Assembly: GCA_951406725.2 (NCBI GenBank)
Contig: OX597832.1
Span: forward strand, 70,308,001-70,372,000
Source: Octopus vulgaris
Taxonomy: Eukaryota
DNA length: 64,000 nucleotides
Direction: 5' to 3'
This document shows positions 27,000 through 40,830 of this stretch, piece by piece. Made by a program: the position numbers and the translations under genes. How positions within the stretch are numbered: the stretch's first letter is position 1; each line of letters begins with the position of its first letter. The notes beneath the pieces are model-generated. The model was not told where the DNA came from. It saw only the letters and a program-made list of their open reading frames with translations, and did no database searches.

Positions 27000-29900
27000 T
27001 CATTTATACGTGCCATCCTTGCTACACTCACCCATCTTTTTTTAAAACATTCACTAGACAAAACTTGCCTCTCTACTCTCACTTTCCTCTTCAAGTGATA
27101 CTTGAAGAAGTTGATGAGAGATTGACCAGAGAGGAAAGTGTTTGTCTCTAATCCTTTCAGGCGCGTCCACCAGATACATTCTTCGCCATAGCCAGAAGTA
27201 TGATAAAAATAGCTCTTCCTTCCCGTTTGAAGGAAGGAGGCGTGACGATATTAACGATAGACTCGGCTGATAAACCCACACGTCCCACACGTGACAGCAG
27301 TCGATCGACATAAGCCCACAGGTCGGAGATTGCTGGACACTGCACGATTGCGTGCAGAGCGGTTTCGTCCCTCTGCCCGCATATCGGGCAGGTCAGTCCC
27401 GTGTTTCTCGAGCCATGCCTATAGAGCTTATCCCGAACGGGTAGCGCTTCTCGGTAGCACCGCCATGCCAGGGATCTCTGGAAGTTGTCCATAGGTCCCG
27501 GCCCGAAAGTCGTTTCAAACAGGCGGGTCAGGTATTCCTCGTCGACGCCAAGGTTTGCCCCAAGATCGTCGTCGTACATCCCCTCCACTAATCCCCTATA
27601 GAATGCTTTGGTTGTGTTGAAGTCACTCAAGGTCGACCCGGGAAGGCAGAGTTGCTTGAGAGCAACGCGACACTCGCGGTGTCATTCGCCCTTCCTCGGC
27701 CTCTTTTTGATCAACGACTGCAGTTCGGTCATGGAGACGAGCTGCGGGAACGCGTGCCTCACAAACGGCAACCACACCTGTTCACCGTCGTCTACATAGA
27801 GCCGGAGATGTCGCAGTCTAGGCGCGTGTCTGCGCCTCATCAACCATGGCATGCCCAGCCCTCCTTTTAACGGGTGTTGACAGCAAATGGATCGCCTGAC
27901 CATCGGGACGCATCCTTTCCACAAGAAGCGGAAGAGAATGCGTTCTAGTTTGGTGATGGTAGGGATGGGACAAGGTACGACGGTCAGGCAGTAGTAGATG
28001 ATGGACGCGATGTACGTGTTCGCCACCTCCACCCGACCTTTTAGGGACAGTTTCCTCTCGGCCCATTGCCGGGCGAGAGTGACCACCCTACTCGTTATCT
28101 CGTTCCAGTTCTTCTCCATTTGGAGGTCCGGACCGAACCAGACCCCGAGCAACTCAACCGGGCCCTCTGTCCAGCGTCCCACGACGGAGGCGCTGGTGGA
28201 CGGCATGGGCTTGCTTCTCCAGGTGCCGAGCCGCAAGCCCACTGACTTTTCCCGGTTGATTTTTGCTCCTGTCACCGCTTCGTAGTCTTTCAGTGTCTCG
28301 CCGACCAGCTCAATGTGCTCGTGGCTTGACACTATGACGGTGACGTCGTCCGCGTATGCAGACACGCTCGTCCCGCATCCCAATTTTCGCGGGATGCCCC
28401 TCAGAGTCACCAGCATCCACAGTAGTGGCTCAAGAGTCAATACGTTTAGAAGCGCCGAGAGGAGGCATCCCTGACGGACCGAACGTGCAATGTCGAAAGG
28501 TCTCGATAGATGTCCATTCACGCGAATTACCGAACGGATGCCTCTGTACAAGGCAGCTATCCAGCCGCGGAAGACGGGACCGAAACCAGCCGCTCTCAGG
28601 ACTGCCTCCAAGTATCGATGGTCAACCCTATCGAAGGCTTTCGATTGATCCAAGTTGATCAGGGCCCCACCCATGCCAGGTTCCTTAACTACTCTGTCTA
28701 TGATGTAGCGCATCAGATGGAGGTTGTCATGGATGCTCCAGCCCGGCACGGCGCACGTTTGTGCGTTGTCGACTAGTTTCTCGATGACAAGCGCCAACCT
28801 CTTGGCTAACACCTTTGTCAAAATTTTCAGGTCTGCATTGAGCAGAGTGATTGGTCTAAAGTTATCTATAATGTTTCTCTTGTTTGGATCTTTCTTCAGC
28901 AGCGTTACGGCTCCTCGACTCACAAAACCGGGTATGCTCCCGTTTTGCTGCCAGTTGCAGTATACCGCTGCCAAGACGTCTCCAAACAAGTCTGCCATAC
29001 AATTGTAAAACTCGTAGGGCAGACCATCCAAACCCGGCGATTTGTCTCTCGAGCATTCTGCCATCGCGTCCCGCACATCCGCCGCCGTGATGGCACCTTC
29101 GCAGCACTCTGCCTCTCTTGCCGAGAGTCGTGGTAGGCTGTGCAGGAAGGCACTGAAGTCCACCCTGCGTTCACGCTCGCCAATCGTCCCGTACAATCAG
29201 GCAAAGTGCCGCTGAAATGTCTCGCACATCTTGCTGGGCTCGAGCAATTCGCGCCCTTGTTCATCTACCAGAAACCGAATGGTGGCTTTGTTGCCCTGCT
29301 GCACCTCCGCCACCCGGGCCTCCTCGCGGCTCCAACACCTTCTATCCTTAGAGCACGCATCCTAGCCCTGACAGCACACCCTTCGTGTTTGGCGTTGAAG
29401 TGTTGGTGAAGGGCCAACCTCACCGCTAAAACGTCGGATGTGATGCTGCTTCTTATTGCCTCTTCTAACTTCTTAACTAACTCACCCTCTACTCTATTTC
29501 TATCTACGGCTAGTGCCTTGCTATATCTAATTGCTTCCGCTTTTACTGCTCTCTTGAGGGCGAACCACCATTTGTTGTTGACAATGGCTCCCGTTAAAGC
29601 CCTTTTTACTAACGTGTTGATTCTGTCTCTGAAAACATGTCTGGACGGGAAAGATGCGTTCAGTTTCCAGTAACCAGGACCCTGTCTATATGCCTTATCT
29701 AAGTCTAGCGTACACGTCACGAATTTGTGATCCGTGTAGCTGACTGTGTGGAATTGTGGACATCCTAAGTTATCCCTGTCTACTGTCCCACACATTATCC
29801 TATCTAGATACGATCTCGACGACCCACTGCGGTTGCTCCATGTTCACGTTGGTGCATTTGGGTGGTCGAGTCGGTACCTGTCAGACAGTTGGAATCGTCT

Positions 29901-30407
29901 GAGCAGGTCTCTGAGGCATTTGCATCCCCTTCTGGTTTTGTCTCACCCCACATAGTCTAGATGCGTGTCCAAGGTAGCATTCCAATCCACCACTAAAAGT
30001 AAAGGACGAGACGTTCCCAGGAATACTTCTAGACGTCGAAAGAAATCCGGCCGACCTGTTAAAGGCGGTGCGTAGACTGATACGAGTCGAAAAGCGCACC
30101 CATTGCTGCCGTCGACATCCAGAACGACCAGTCTACCCTCCGGGTCTACGAATATCGTCTTGACTTCGAGATCCAGGCTCTTGTGAAAAAGTACCGCGGT
30201 GCCACTACCGCCCATCCTCTGCAGACAGGGAGCAAAATAAATGTTAAACTGTCCGCCAAACATGGACTTTAGGGCCCGTGGCTCGTGGAGTCTGGTCTCA
30301 CTTATGGCTATGATTCCCAAATCGTGTGACTTGATGTCATTTAGGAGGTATCCTTGTTTCCAAGGAGACCCCAAGCCACGCGCATTCACACAACCAATCT
30401 TGACCAT
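27000..30407 (-). pseudogene. Tx1-like ORF2 (APE endonuclease, RT, C-terminal Cys/His motif), frameshifted
   Basis: IGCVNARGL..AISETRL; TDHKFV; GPGYWKLN; SPGLDGLP; FRPITLLNADLKIL; LDQSKAFDRVDH; VRQGCLLS; AYADDVT; CPICGQRDETALHAIVQC. Confidence 0.92.
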
Positions 30408-30457
30408 GATTCTATTGGGGTGTGTGCTTTAAAACACAAAAGAGAAGGTACAGAGAG

Positions 30458-32626
30458 TTACTTACTTGTGTCGAAAGTTTTGGCTTCCTCGTCCTTTGAT
30501 GTGTCTTGGAGGAGGTTTTTATAGAGTTTTTGTGAAAGGTATTTTTGAAACCCCCCAACCGCATTTGGAAAGAGGGCTTTGAGTGTGTAGTGTTGTGTTT
30601 GTGTGATGTGTAGTATTTTGATGTGTTTGGATGGTGTAGTGCGCGGATGGTAGTTATTTTTGAAGTCATCTTCACAGATGTTTGTGTGGGCTGTGATGTA
30701 TTCCATTAGTTTGGAGTCTTTGGTGTCTATCGCTGATAGCATTGTGTGTGTTTTTGTGGTGTTGGTGCTTGTTTGGTTGTGTATGGAGCTTTCAGGGTTC
30801 AGGTATCTCCCTGCTTTGGTTGCGTTTTCTTGTTTGTTTTTTTTTTATCTTTTTCTTTTACCCCCGGTGACTATTGGCCATTCTGTCGAACTTTCATCGT
30901 TAGATGAAAAGTCTGACGAATCAGCAGGGGGCAAGGGTAAAGTATTTGGGTCTGTTTATGCGGTTGTAGATATTGTTGTGGTGTGCGGGGTGGGGTTGCT
31001 GGGGGGTTTGGTGTGGTGATTGTCTCTCCTACATCCTTGGTGCTTGTCTTCTTCGTTGTTGTTCTCGGTGTTGGAATTGGTTTAGTTGTTGTTGGTGGTG
31101 ATGGTTCTGTTCTTGGCGCAGGTGGTGGTGTTGTTTGGTTGGGTTGGTCCATTCTTTGTTGCTTTTCATGCATTTCTGCATATAGCTTCTTGATTAGCCG
31201 TCCATATTGTGGTGTGGGCAATAATGCTGGCTTTTGTGGTTTTTCCTGTGGCTGTTGTTGTTGTTGTTGTTGTTTCCCGGTAGATTTGCACTCCTTTTTG
31301 AGGTGTGTTTCACTGCCGCATGTATAGCAGCGTTGCCTTCTGCCCTCGACTACTACATACAACTTGCGGTCATCCGCAAGATGTACGTGGGTGGTAATTT
31401 TGTTAATGTCGTCTTGGCTTATGTGGAAGAGAATCTCCATTCTCTTTCCCACCCAGTCCTTGTGTTTCGAAACAGTGATGTCCAGGATGTTTATGTCCTC
31501 CATTTCGACGCATATGGCGGATGTTATCCATAGTGTGGTTGTTATTTGCGGGCCATTATTGATAATGACCTTTGTCACCTTCTGGCCAAGGTAACTGGGT
31601 GTCATTGTTAGCTCATCTGAATGAAGAGTTAGCATTGAGAATTGCTTTGCCAACTCTTCATTCTGAAAAACCGTGGGCAAACTTGTTCGACCAAGTCACA
31701 TACTCTTTGTATCCCCAGATAGGCACATTTCTATTTTGCGTAGGCACTTTTCTATTTTGTCCGTGCTTGCTTTTTCTGGACTTTTAGTTGTGTTGTTTGT
31801 TATTTTATAAATAATCGTTTTCTTTTTTTCCTCATTCAGTATGTGTTGTGGTATGTGTAATTGTATTTTGCCGTTTCTTTGGTGGTTAAGGCTCTGGAGT
31901 CTTTTATCTGCTGTGCAGTAAACGATACTCTTGTTATTTTTTCTTTTATCGCCTCGGCGAAGTTTGTTGTTGTTTTGTTATTGTTGTTACTGCTGGTGGT
32001 GTTCATGTTGATGGCAGGGGTGTGGGTTGTGGGTATATTAGTTTGTGGTTGCTGATTATGCAACTAGCAAGGGGTGGAAAATTGTCTGCGTAATTTGCTC
32101 CTGCATTAGCGCAAATTTCGGCACCTCGTTTGATGGTCGCGGTTATTTTTTTCTCTCCTTCACTTGTTGGTGATGGAGGGAACAGTGGCTGAAGGGAATT
32201 GTTGTTGTTGTTGTTGTTATTGTCGTTCTTGGTGACGGCGGTGGTATTAGTAGCAAGGGAGGCATTGACGGCGCGGTCTTTGGTGGCGGTGATGGTGATG
32301 TTGGTATTGTTATTGTTGTTGGTAGTGGTGTCGTTAGCAGAGATAGCAGTTGTAGTAGCAGAAGCTGCCATGGTGGTGGTGTCGGTGTTGATGGTGGAAT
32401 CATTGGTGACGGTGACGGTGCTTGGCCTTGCGACCTTTGTTTTGTATTTGTTGCTGTTGTCGATGCTGATGGTGGTGTAAGTAGTGTTTACACAGTCAAG
32501 TTCAGCGCATGGTGACAGGGAAACCTGTTTTTTTGTTCTGGCGTCACGCTTCAGTTGTGCCTTAGCCTCGTCGTGACCAGTAGCCATTTTTGAAGATAAA
32601 ATGGCTAAAATACAACACGAGGCCAT
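30458..32626 (-). pseudogene. Tx1-like ORF1 (gag-like, CCHC knuckle), frameshifted
   Basis: ORF pieces 32003-32626, 31836-32063, 30871-31680 (VEGRRQRCYTCGSETHLKKEC), 30458-30742; Thr/Pro/Asn low-complexity; C-terminus homologous to 36489-36770. Confidence 0.8.
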
Positions 32627-32639
32627 ATTTTAGCCATTT

Positions 32640-32640
<1 letters not shown>

Positions 32641-32717
<77 letters not shown>
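32641..32717. repeat. (GATA)n spacer between the two Tx1-like copies
   Basis: Pure GATA run. Confidence 0.97.
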
Positions 32718-32718
<1 letters not shown>

Positions 32719-35700
32719 CTTTCTTTATTGGCCACACAGGGCTGAAATACAGAGGGGACAAATACAAATGTAGAGCTTTTCTTTTCGAAGATGGAAAAAG
32801 AAAAAGGAAACAAAAAAAGAAATGAATGTAAAATTCCGATCAAAAGGGATGTGTAACACAGAAACAAATTTTTTAACAGTAAGAAACAAGATTAAGTTCA
32901 TCCGTGGGAAGAAAAGCTAGACTACGGTAACCTCGGTCAGGGAGGAAATAAACACATGAGAGCAAAGTCCTCTCTCTCTCTCTCTCTTTTACGATTTACA
33001 GGATCATGCTCAAAGTGGTTTCGGCACTCGCACGCATCATCTTTGCTACATTCACCCACCTTTTTTTGAGACTTTCGCGAGACAAAACCTGCCTCTCCAT
33101 TCTCACCTTCCTTTTCAAGTGGTACTTGAAAAAGTTGATGAGCGCTTGGCCAGAGAAGTAAGTGTTTGTCTCTAATCCTTTCGCTCGGGGCCACCACACA
33201 CATTATTTTACCATGGCCACCAGTACGATGAAAACTGCCTTGCCTTCCCGGTTGAGGGAAGGGGGCGGAGTAATTCTCACAATAGACTCAGCCGACAGGC
33301 GGACTCGTCCCACAGGCGATAGCAGCCGTTCGGCCTAAGCCCACAGGTCTGAAATGGTTGGCCACTGCACGAGTGCGTGCAGAACGGTTTCGTCGCTCTG
33401 ACCGCATCTCCGGCAAGTCGGTCCAGTGTGTCTCGAACCGTGCTTGTAGAGCTTATCACGAACAGGTAATGCTTCTCGATAGCACTGCCAGGCCAGGGAT
33501 CTTTGGTGAATGTCAATAGGTCCCTGCTCGAAAGTCGTCCTGAACAGGCAGGTCAGATGTTCCTCGTCCACGCCCAGATTCTGCCCGAAAATCGTCGCAC
33601 CTCCCCTCCACTAATCCTCTATAGAACGCCTTTGTTGTAATGAAGTCGCACACGTTTGGTCCCGAACGACAGAGTTGCTTGGGAGCAACGCGACACTCGC
33701 GATGCCATTGGTCTAACCTCGGTCTCTGTTTGATCCACGACTGTAGTTCGGCCAAGGAGACGAGCTGCGGGAAAGCGCGTCGCACAAAAGGCGAATACAC
33801 CTGTTCACCGTCGTCTATGAAGCTCCAGAGATGTTGCAGTCTCAGCGCATGTCTGCGCATCATCAACCACGGCATACCTAGTCCTCCATTTAGCGAGTGT
33901 TGACAGCAAATGGATCGCCTAACCATCGGAACGCTTCCCTTCCACAGGAAGCGGAAGAGTATGCGTTCCAGTTTGGTGATGGTAGGGTCGGGACAAGGCA
34001 CGACGGTCAGACGGTATCGATGACGGATACGATGTACGCGTTCGGCACCTCCGCTCGACCTTTTAGGGATAGCTTCCTCTCAGCCCATTGCTGGGTGAGA
34101 GTTATTTCACCCCAGTTCTTCTCCATTTGGAGGTCCGGACCGAACCAGACTCCGAGCAATTTAACCGGTCCGTCTGTCCAGTGTCCCACGATGGAGACGC
34201 TGTTGGACGGCATGGGATTGCTTCTCCAGGTGCCGAGCCGCAAGCCCACTGACTTTTCCCGGTTAATTTTTGCTCCCGTTACCGCTTCGTATTCTTTTAG
34301 TGTCTCTCCGACCAGGTCGATGTGCTTGTGGCTCGACACTATGACGGTGACGTTGTCCGCATATGCAGACACGCTCCTCTCACATCCCAGCTCTCGTGGG
34401 ATGCCCCTCAGCGTCGCCAGTTTCCGCAGTAGTGGCTCAAGAGTCAATACATACAGAAGCGATGAGAGGGGGCATCTTGAAGAACCGAACGCATGATGTT
34501 AAAAGGGCTGGATAGATGACCATTTACGCGAACTACCGAGCGGATGCCGCTATATAAAGCAGCGATCTAACCGCGGAAGACGGGACCGAAACCAGCCACT
34601 TTAAGGACAGCCTCCAAGTAGTGATGATCTACTCTATCGAAAGCTTTTGATTGATCTAAATTGATCAGCGCCCCACCCATGCCAGGATCCTTAACTACCC
34701 TGTCTATGATGTACCGCATCAGATGGAGGTTGTCATGGATTCTCCTACCCGGCACGGCGCACGTTTGCGCCTTGTCGACTAAACTAGCGCCAATCTCTCG
34801 GCTAAAACCTTGGCCAAAATTTTCAAATCTGCGTTGAGCAGAGTGATGGGCCTGATATTATCTATGACGTTGGATCTTTTCTTAACAGTGCCACTGCTCC
34901 TCGCTTTACAAAGGCGGGGATACTCCCGTTTTGCTGCTAGTTGCAGTAGACAGCTGCCAAGGCACCTCCAAACAAGTCTGGCATATGACAATATAGTTCG
35001 TAGGGCAGACCATCCAAGCCTGGTGACTTGTCTCTCGCGCAGCCTGCCGTCGCATCCCGTACGTCCGCGGCTGTGATGGGTTTTTCACAACACTCCGCCT
35101 CTCTTGCAGGGCATGTACGCGTTCGCCACCTCCGCCCGACCTTTTAGTAGTGGCAAGGCATGTAGGTAGGCACTAAAGTCCACTCTGCGTTCTGACCCAC
35201 CACTTGTCCCAAACAGTTGGGTAGTGTTGTTGAAAATCCTCACACATCCTTTCAGGCTCGAGTAATTCGCGCCCCTGTTCATCTGTAAGTGACCTGATGG
35301 TGGCTCTGTTACCTCGTTCCGTCTCCCCCACTCTGGCCCCTCGGGCGACTCCAACTCCTTCGTTCCTCAGAACACGCATCCTAGCTTGACAACGCATCCT
35401 TCGTGTTTGGCGTTGAGGTGTTGGTCGAGGGCCAACCTCGCTGCCAGTACGTTGGACGCGATGCCAGTTCTAAGTGCCTCTTCTAAATTCTTAACTAAGT
35501 CTCCCTCTATTCTATTTCGGTCTAATGCTAGGGCCTTACTGTACCTGACCGATTCTGCTTTAATTGCTTTCTTTAGAGCATACCACCATCTGTTGTTAAT
35601 GATGGCACCCATCAATGCTCTCTTAACTAATGTGCTAATCCGGTCCCTGTAAGCCTGTCGTGCCGTAAAGACGCGTTCAGCTTCCAGTAACCAGGACCCT

Positions 35701-37208
35701 GCCCATGTGTCTTATCTAAGTCAAGTGTACAAGTCACAAATTTGTGGTCTGTGTAGCTGACTATATGGAATTGTGGACAACCTACACTATCTTTATCTAC
35801 TGTCCTACAGAATACTCTATCTAAGTACGATCTGGACGACCCGATGCGATTCCTCCATAACCACATTGGCACATTCGGGTGTTCCAGTCGGTACCTGTCA
35901 GACAGTTGGAAACGTCTGAGCAGGTCTTTAAGGCATTTGCATCCACTCCTATTACTATCTCTGCCCACGTAGTCTAGATGCGTGTCCAGGGTGGGGTTCC
36001 AATCCCCCACTAAAAGTAAAGGTCGCGACGTTCCCAGAAAAACCTCTAGCCGTCGAAAGAAATCTGGCCGGCCTGTTAAGGCCGGTGCATAAAATGTTAT
36101 CAGTCGAAAGGCACACTCATTGCTGCCATCGACATCCAAGACGACCAGCCTACCCTCCGGGTCTACGAATATTGCTCTTTCTTTGAGGTCCAGACTCTCC
36201 CGGAGGAGCACCGCGGTGCCACCTCCGCCCATTCTCGGTAGACACGGAAAAAAGTAAATGTTGAAATGTGCGCCGAACATGTGCTGGAGTGCCCGCGAGC
36301 TGTGGAGTCTGGTCTCACTGATGGCTATGATGTGCAGATTTTGTGACCTGATGTCATTTAACAGGTAGCCTTGTCTCCAAGGTGACCTCAAGCCACGTAC
36401 ATTTATACTGCCTACTTTGAGCATGTTCCGATCGAAAGTATGTTTTACACACGAAAGGAATATGAAAAAGAAAGAGAGAAAGTGAGAGTCACTTCCTGTT
36501 CGAAAGTTCTTTGTTCTTCACCTCACAGTCCCTTTCCAGAAGGTTTTTATACAGTTTTTTGGACAAATATTTTTGAAATCTCCCAACTGCCTCAGGGTAG
36601 AGAGATTTCAGGGTACTGTGTGTGTTCTGTGTTATGTGTATGATTTTAATGTGTTGCGGTAGAGTTGTGCGTGGGTGATTCTTTGTTTTGGTATCATTTT
36701 CGGTTATGTTGGTGTTTGACCTAATATATTCCATTAGGTCGGGGTTGTTGGTGTTTATGGCTGTCAACATTGTTGTGGGGTTTGATGATAGTGTGTTTGT
36801 GTTGATATGTTTGTTTTCTGCGGATGTTTTAGTTTCGGGAGTTGTAAACCTCTCTGCTTTGTTTGTCTGCTTCTCTATTCTTTTTTCCCCTTTTTCTCTC
36901 CCACCCCCCGGTGGCTATTTGCCAATCCTCCGTGTCATCTTCATCTAATGACATGTCAGAGGAATCAGAAGGTGGGAGGGGAAGTGTATTGGGGTCTATT
37001 TCTGACTGTGTTGACTTTGGTGTTGGTGCTGGTTGGTGACCGTTGGGGTGTGGTGTATGGGTTTTGGGAGGTGGGGTATGGGTATTTTGTGTTTGTGTGA
37101 TTGTAGGTATTGTTGTGGTGCGTGGGGTGTGTGTTGTTGGGGGATTGGGAGTAGTAATTGTCACTTCTTCATCCTCGGTGCTTGTCTTTTTGGTAGTTGT
37201 TCTTGGTG
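32718..37208 (-). mobile_element. Tx1-like LINE, copy 2 (diverged subfamily), 5'-truncated within ORF1
   Basis: APE ORF 35627-36424 (VGSINVRGL..SETRL..VGDWN..TDHKFV); RT pieces (LDQSKAFDRVDH, AYADNVT); same 3' terminus as copy 1; truncation point aligns to ~31070 of copy 1. Confidence 0.9.
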
Positions 37209-37278
37209 AGATAGATAGCTAGATAGATATATCGTAGTTAGACAGACAGAGACAGACAGACAGACGGATAGTTGGATG

Positions 37279-37350
<72 letters not shown>

Positions 37351-37405
37351 TATAGATAGATAGATGATGGATGGATGGATGGATGGATGGATGGATGGAT
37401 GGATG

Positions 37406-37464
<59 letters not shown>

Positions 37465-37524
37465 GGATGGATAGATGGATGGATGGATGGATTGATGGAT
37501 AAATAAATAAATAGATAGATAGAT
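37209..37524. repeat. (GATA/GGAT/GACA)n compound microsatellite
   Basis: Begins at the 5' truncation of copy 2. Confidence 0.95.
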
Positions 37525-37904
37525 ATGAAACTGTATGAATACTTGTTACATTAAGATATGTATATGTATATGTATATATTTCTAGCTGTGTGTATACATG
37601 TGTACATATGTTTGTATATATACGCCTTTATTCTCACATGTATGGATGCATATTTAGATTTGTATATTAAATGGGTAGGTGTGTTTGTGTTATATTGGTT
37701 TATGTTTGTGTATATACATAATCTATACATATTCAAGTGAGTCTACATGTGTGTGTGCGTGCGTACATGTATGTAAATATGAATACTAGTATTTTGTGTG
37801 CAACTCAATTTTCCTATATATGTATATTTCTAATATTTATTAGAGCACGTATCTATACAGCAATGTACGTGTAAATATATTTATATATCTATATGTATGT
37901 ATGC

Positions 37905-37940
<36 letters not shown>

Positions 37941-38344
37941 GTTGACTGAGAGGTTAAAATAACCGTCTAAGGGATAGAAGTATCCATTAAACTACCGTCA
38001 TATTACCTGTTTAACTATGGGCATACATATGCAAGCATACTATGCTCATAAATTATAGGTAAGAACAAGGATAAACATGAGTTTATCAAGAATCAAAATT
38101 TAAAGAAGGCACAAGATGAAGAAATATCGATGAACAGCGATTAATTCATTCAAAACAAATAGACTGCATCCTATCTAACAGCTGTTTCTGATTCCAATGT
38201 TGTATGCTCTTCTTCGTTATTTATTCTTCATTCTGATGAAGATCCATGTTTCAGATCGGTTTTATTACCAAATATGATATAATTTAGAATATTAATGGCA
38301 ATACAATACAAATTTGGAAGCAGAAACAGTTATTGGATGGGATG

Positions 38345-38540
38345 TAGGCTTTTTCAAAACAAATCTGGATCTCCTTCAGTAAAGAGTTCCAGATGAACCA
38401 ATCTCAAGGCAAGAAACACAGACGTCAAACTCCCTCGTCTACCAAATATCAGAGATCAGAGGACGTATAGTGAAAATGTAGCAAAGGAAATGGCGTTGCC
38501 CTACCATGGCCGCAGTCCTTGGACTGAAACTTAAAAAGGC
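38345..38540 (+). mobile_element. Short CR1-like LINE 3'-end relic
   Basis: FKTNLDLLQ*RVPDEP...SNSLVYQ, comparable to the end of 62930-63540. Confidence 0.5.
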
Positions 38541-38574
38541 ATATATGTATATATATATATATTGATAACCCGAG

Positions 38575-39050
38575 GTGACCTTCAATATAGGCAACTATTT
38601 CTTAGCACTCATAGACATTTTCCAGTCAACCATACTTACAGGAAGCTCTTCAATAAACACAACTTAAAAATCATTTTCAGCTCAACTACTAATTTTAAAA
38701 ATATAATCGCACACAACACACAAAAACCACAATAGGAAAACAGCTGTTCATGCAGGGATGAAAAATTGTGCCCGTTAAATGGAGCTTGCATGTCCGAGAC
38801 CAACATCTACGAAGATACCGTGGACTCTATACCCACTAAAGACACAGTTTCGACGAAGAAATACGTGGGCCTTACAGAGGATAATTTCAAGGCCAGGTTC
38901 AATAATCACACCTTGAGCTTTAGGCACTGGGACAAAAGGAAAACGACAAAATTATTCAGTCATATATGGCCATTAAAAGATAAAGGTGTCAGTTACAACA
39001 TCCATAGGAAGATTTTAGCCAAATGTAAGCCCTACACCAACGACACGGCT
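38575..39050 (+). pseudogene. Penelope-like GIY-YIG endonuclease fragment
   Basis: NIGNYFLALI..HTYRKLFNKHNLKI; CSCRDEKLCPLNGACMSETNIYE..KYVGLTEDNFKARFNNHTLSFRH..HIWPLKDKGVSYNI. Confidence 0.85.
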
Positions 39051-40380
39051 CATCTGGAAAAGCAACTTAGACCCCGATACATGTCTGAACTCAAGGACAG
39101 AACTTTTCGGATCATGCCTACAGGTGGTCAAATTTTTGTTACGTTTTTGGTTCCCCCAAGACTACAGATGGAACTTGTTTTCTATATTGTGTCCACGCAC
39201 AAGATTTTTATCTCATTATACCTATTACTTTTACTTTATTTATATTTTTATACGTATATTTCTTACACATTACAGAGGATTTGGTTTATCGATATATTTT
39301 TTACACATAATTTTTTCTGTAATCTACCTTCCACCCTGCATTTTTCCCTGTGCCTATATAGACGTATGTATGGAATCCTTTGTGCGCGCTGTGGATGTGT
39401 GCGTGTGTGCGGGTATGTGTGTATATATATGTGTGCGTGTGTGCGTGCATGCGAGTACGTGCGTATATAGACGTATTTTATTCAGTGTTTTTACACATTT
39501 TCCTGTATTTTTTAGACGTATGTATAATCCTTTTTTGTGCGTGCGTGTGTGCGTATATAGACGTGTGCGGCTATGTGCCTATTTGGATGTGTGTGTGTGT
39601 GTGTGTGTGCGTGCATAAGTGTATGTGCGTATATAAACGTGGTTTACTCTTTGTATACTTTCTTTTGCCTTTTTCGGTATAGTTACCCTTAACCCTGCTT
39701 TTTCTTGTGTTTGTGCGTACGTAGACTTTTACGATAGGCGTGTGTGTGCGGGGGGGTTGTATGCATATGCATATATATTTGGTGAAGGATGCGAGTGAAG
39801 ATGTGTACGTTTATCTAGTGAGGGTGGATGAATGTATGCGTACGCACGTGGATGTGCGGGCGCACATGTGTAGGTATGAACAGGCGCGCTTACGCGAATA
39901 CTATGAACTTTTTACCCCCTTACCTTAATTAGTGGTCATTCCAATAGCTCTTTTGTTTTAATAGCGGTCAATAACAATAATTTCCCTTTGAATAACGGTC
40001 ATTTTTCATAGCGTTTTTCCGATGGCCGGATAACTGATGATATGGTGGCGTGGATTTCCATTAATGGTTGTATTAATTTATTGCTATGAGCATGTGGTTG
40101 TGTACTTTTTAGTATGTTAATACTTATTAGTATCTGCTTTTCTGTATGTGTGACTATTGCGGTCGGTTTCAATACAATTTGAGACAGAATATTTTGGGGG
40201 GCCCTTTGATCTTTTAACCCTATTTAAACATAATTTCTGTTCAAACTATTTCTTGGTCCCATCTTTGTATTCTCAGCTGTTCCTTATTGCTTCTTATTGT
40301 TCCTTATTGGAGCCACGTACATTGTGTTTTATCTTACTTTTTAAAATGTATATTAAATACTTTCAAAGTGTTTTTTTTAT

Positions 40381-40595
40381 TTAACCCTTCAGCATTCAGA
40401 TTACTTTCTTAAATGTAATGCTTATTTATTCACGCAGTTTTGAATTAATAATGCATTGGCTCTTTGGTTCGAAATTTCAATGATGTGATAGTTTATTTTT
40501 AGAATGACTTTGTAAGGTAAATGGGAAAAACTAGACCCAGTTAGTTAGAACAGAAAACAGAATATTTTGGCTTGATATGACTGGCGTAATTTAAT
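40381..40595. mobile_element. piggyBac-like MITE relic
   Basis: Starts TTAA-CCCTT; right terminal repeat degraded. Confidence 0.35.
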
Positions 40596-40763
40596 CATTT
40601 TACTTCCTCTCTCATCCCTTTCCAATCTTTTGGCTACATTACGGATAGTCAATTCCTAACCTTAGATCCCGCATCTTAATCGATATGATAAAAAACATAT
40701 TATTCATATTTATTCTTTAATGACCATACTGCGCGAATTTTGTCTACTTTTGATATTTCATAT

Positions 40764-40819
<56 letters not shown>

Positions 40820-40830
<11 letters not shown>

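Larger units (their letters stand above)
26602..32640 (-). mobile_element. Tx1-like (L1 clade) LINE, copy 1, apparently full length, disrupted
   Basis: ORF1 with zinc knuckle, ORF2 APE-RT-Cys; 3' end ccctgtgtggctAATAAAgaaac followed by (TATC)n. Confidence 0.9.

Noticed and set aside
40030-40070. CTGATGA downstream of the GIY-YIG fragment
   Set aside because: No following GAAA or stem III found
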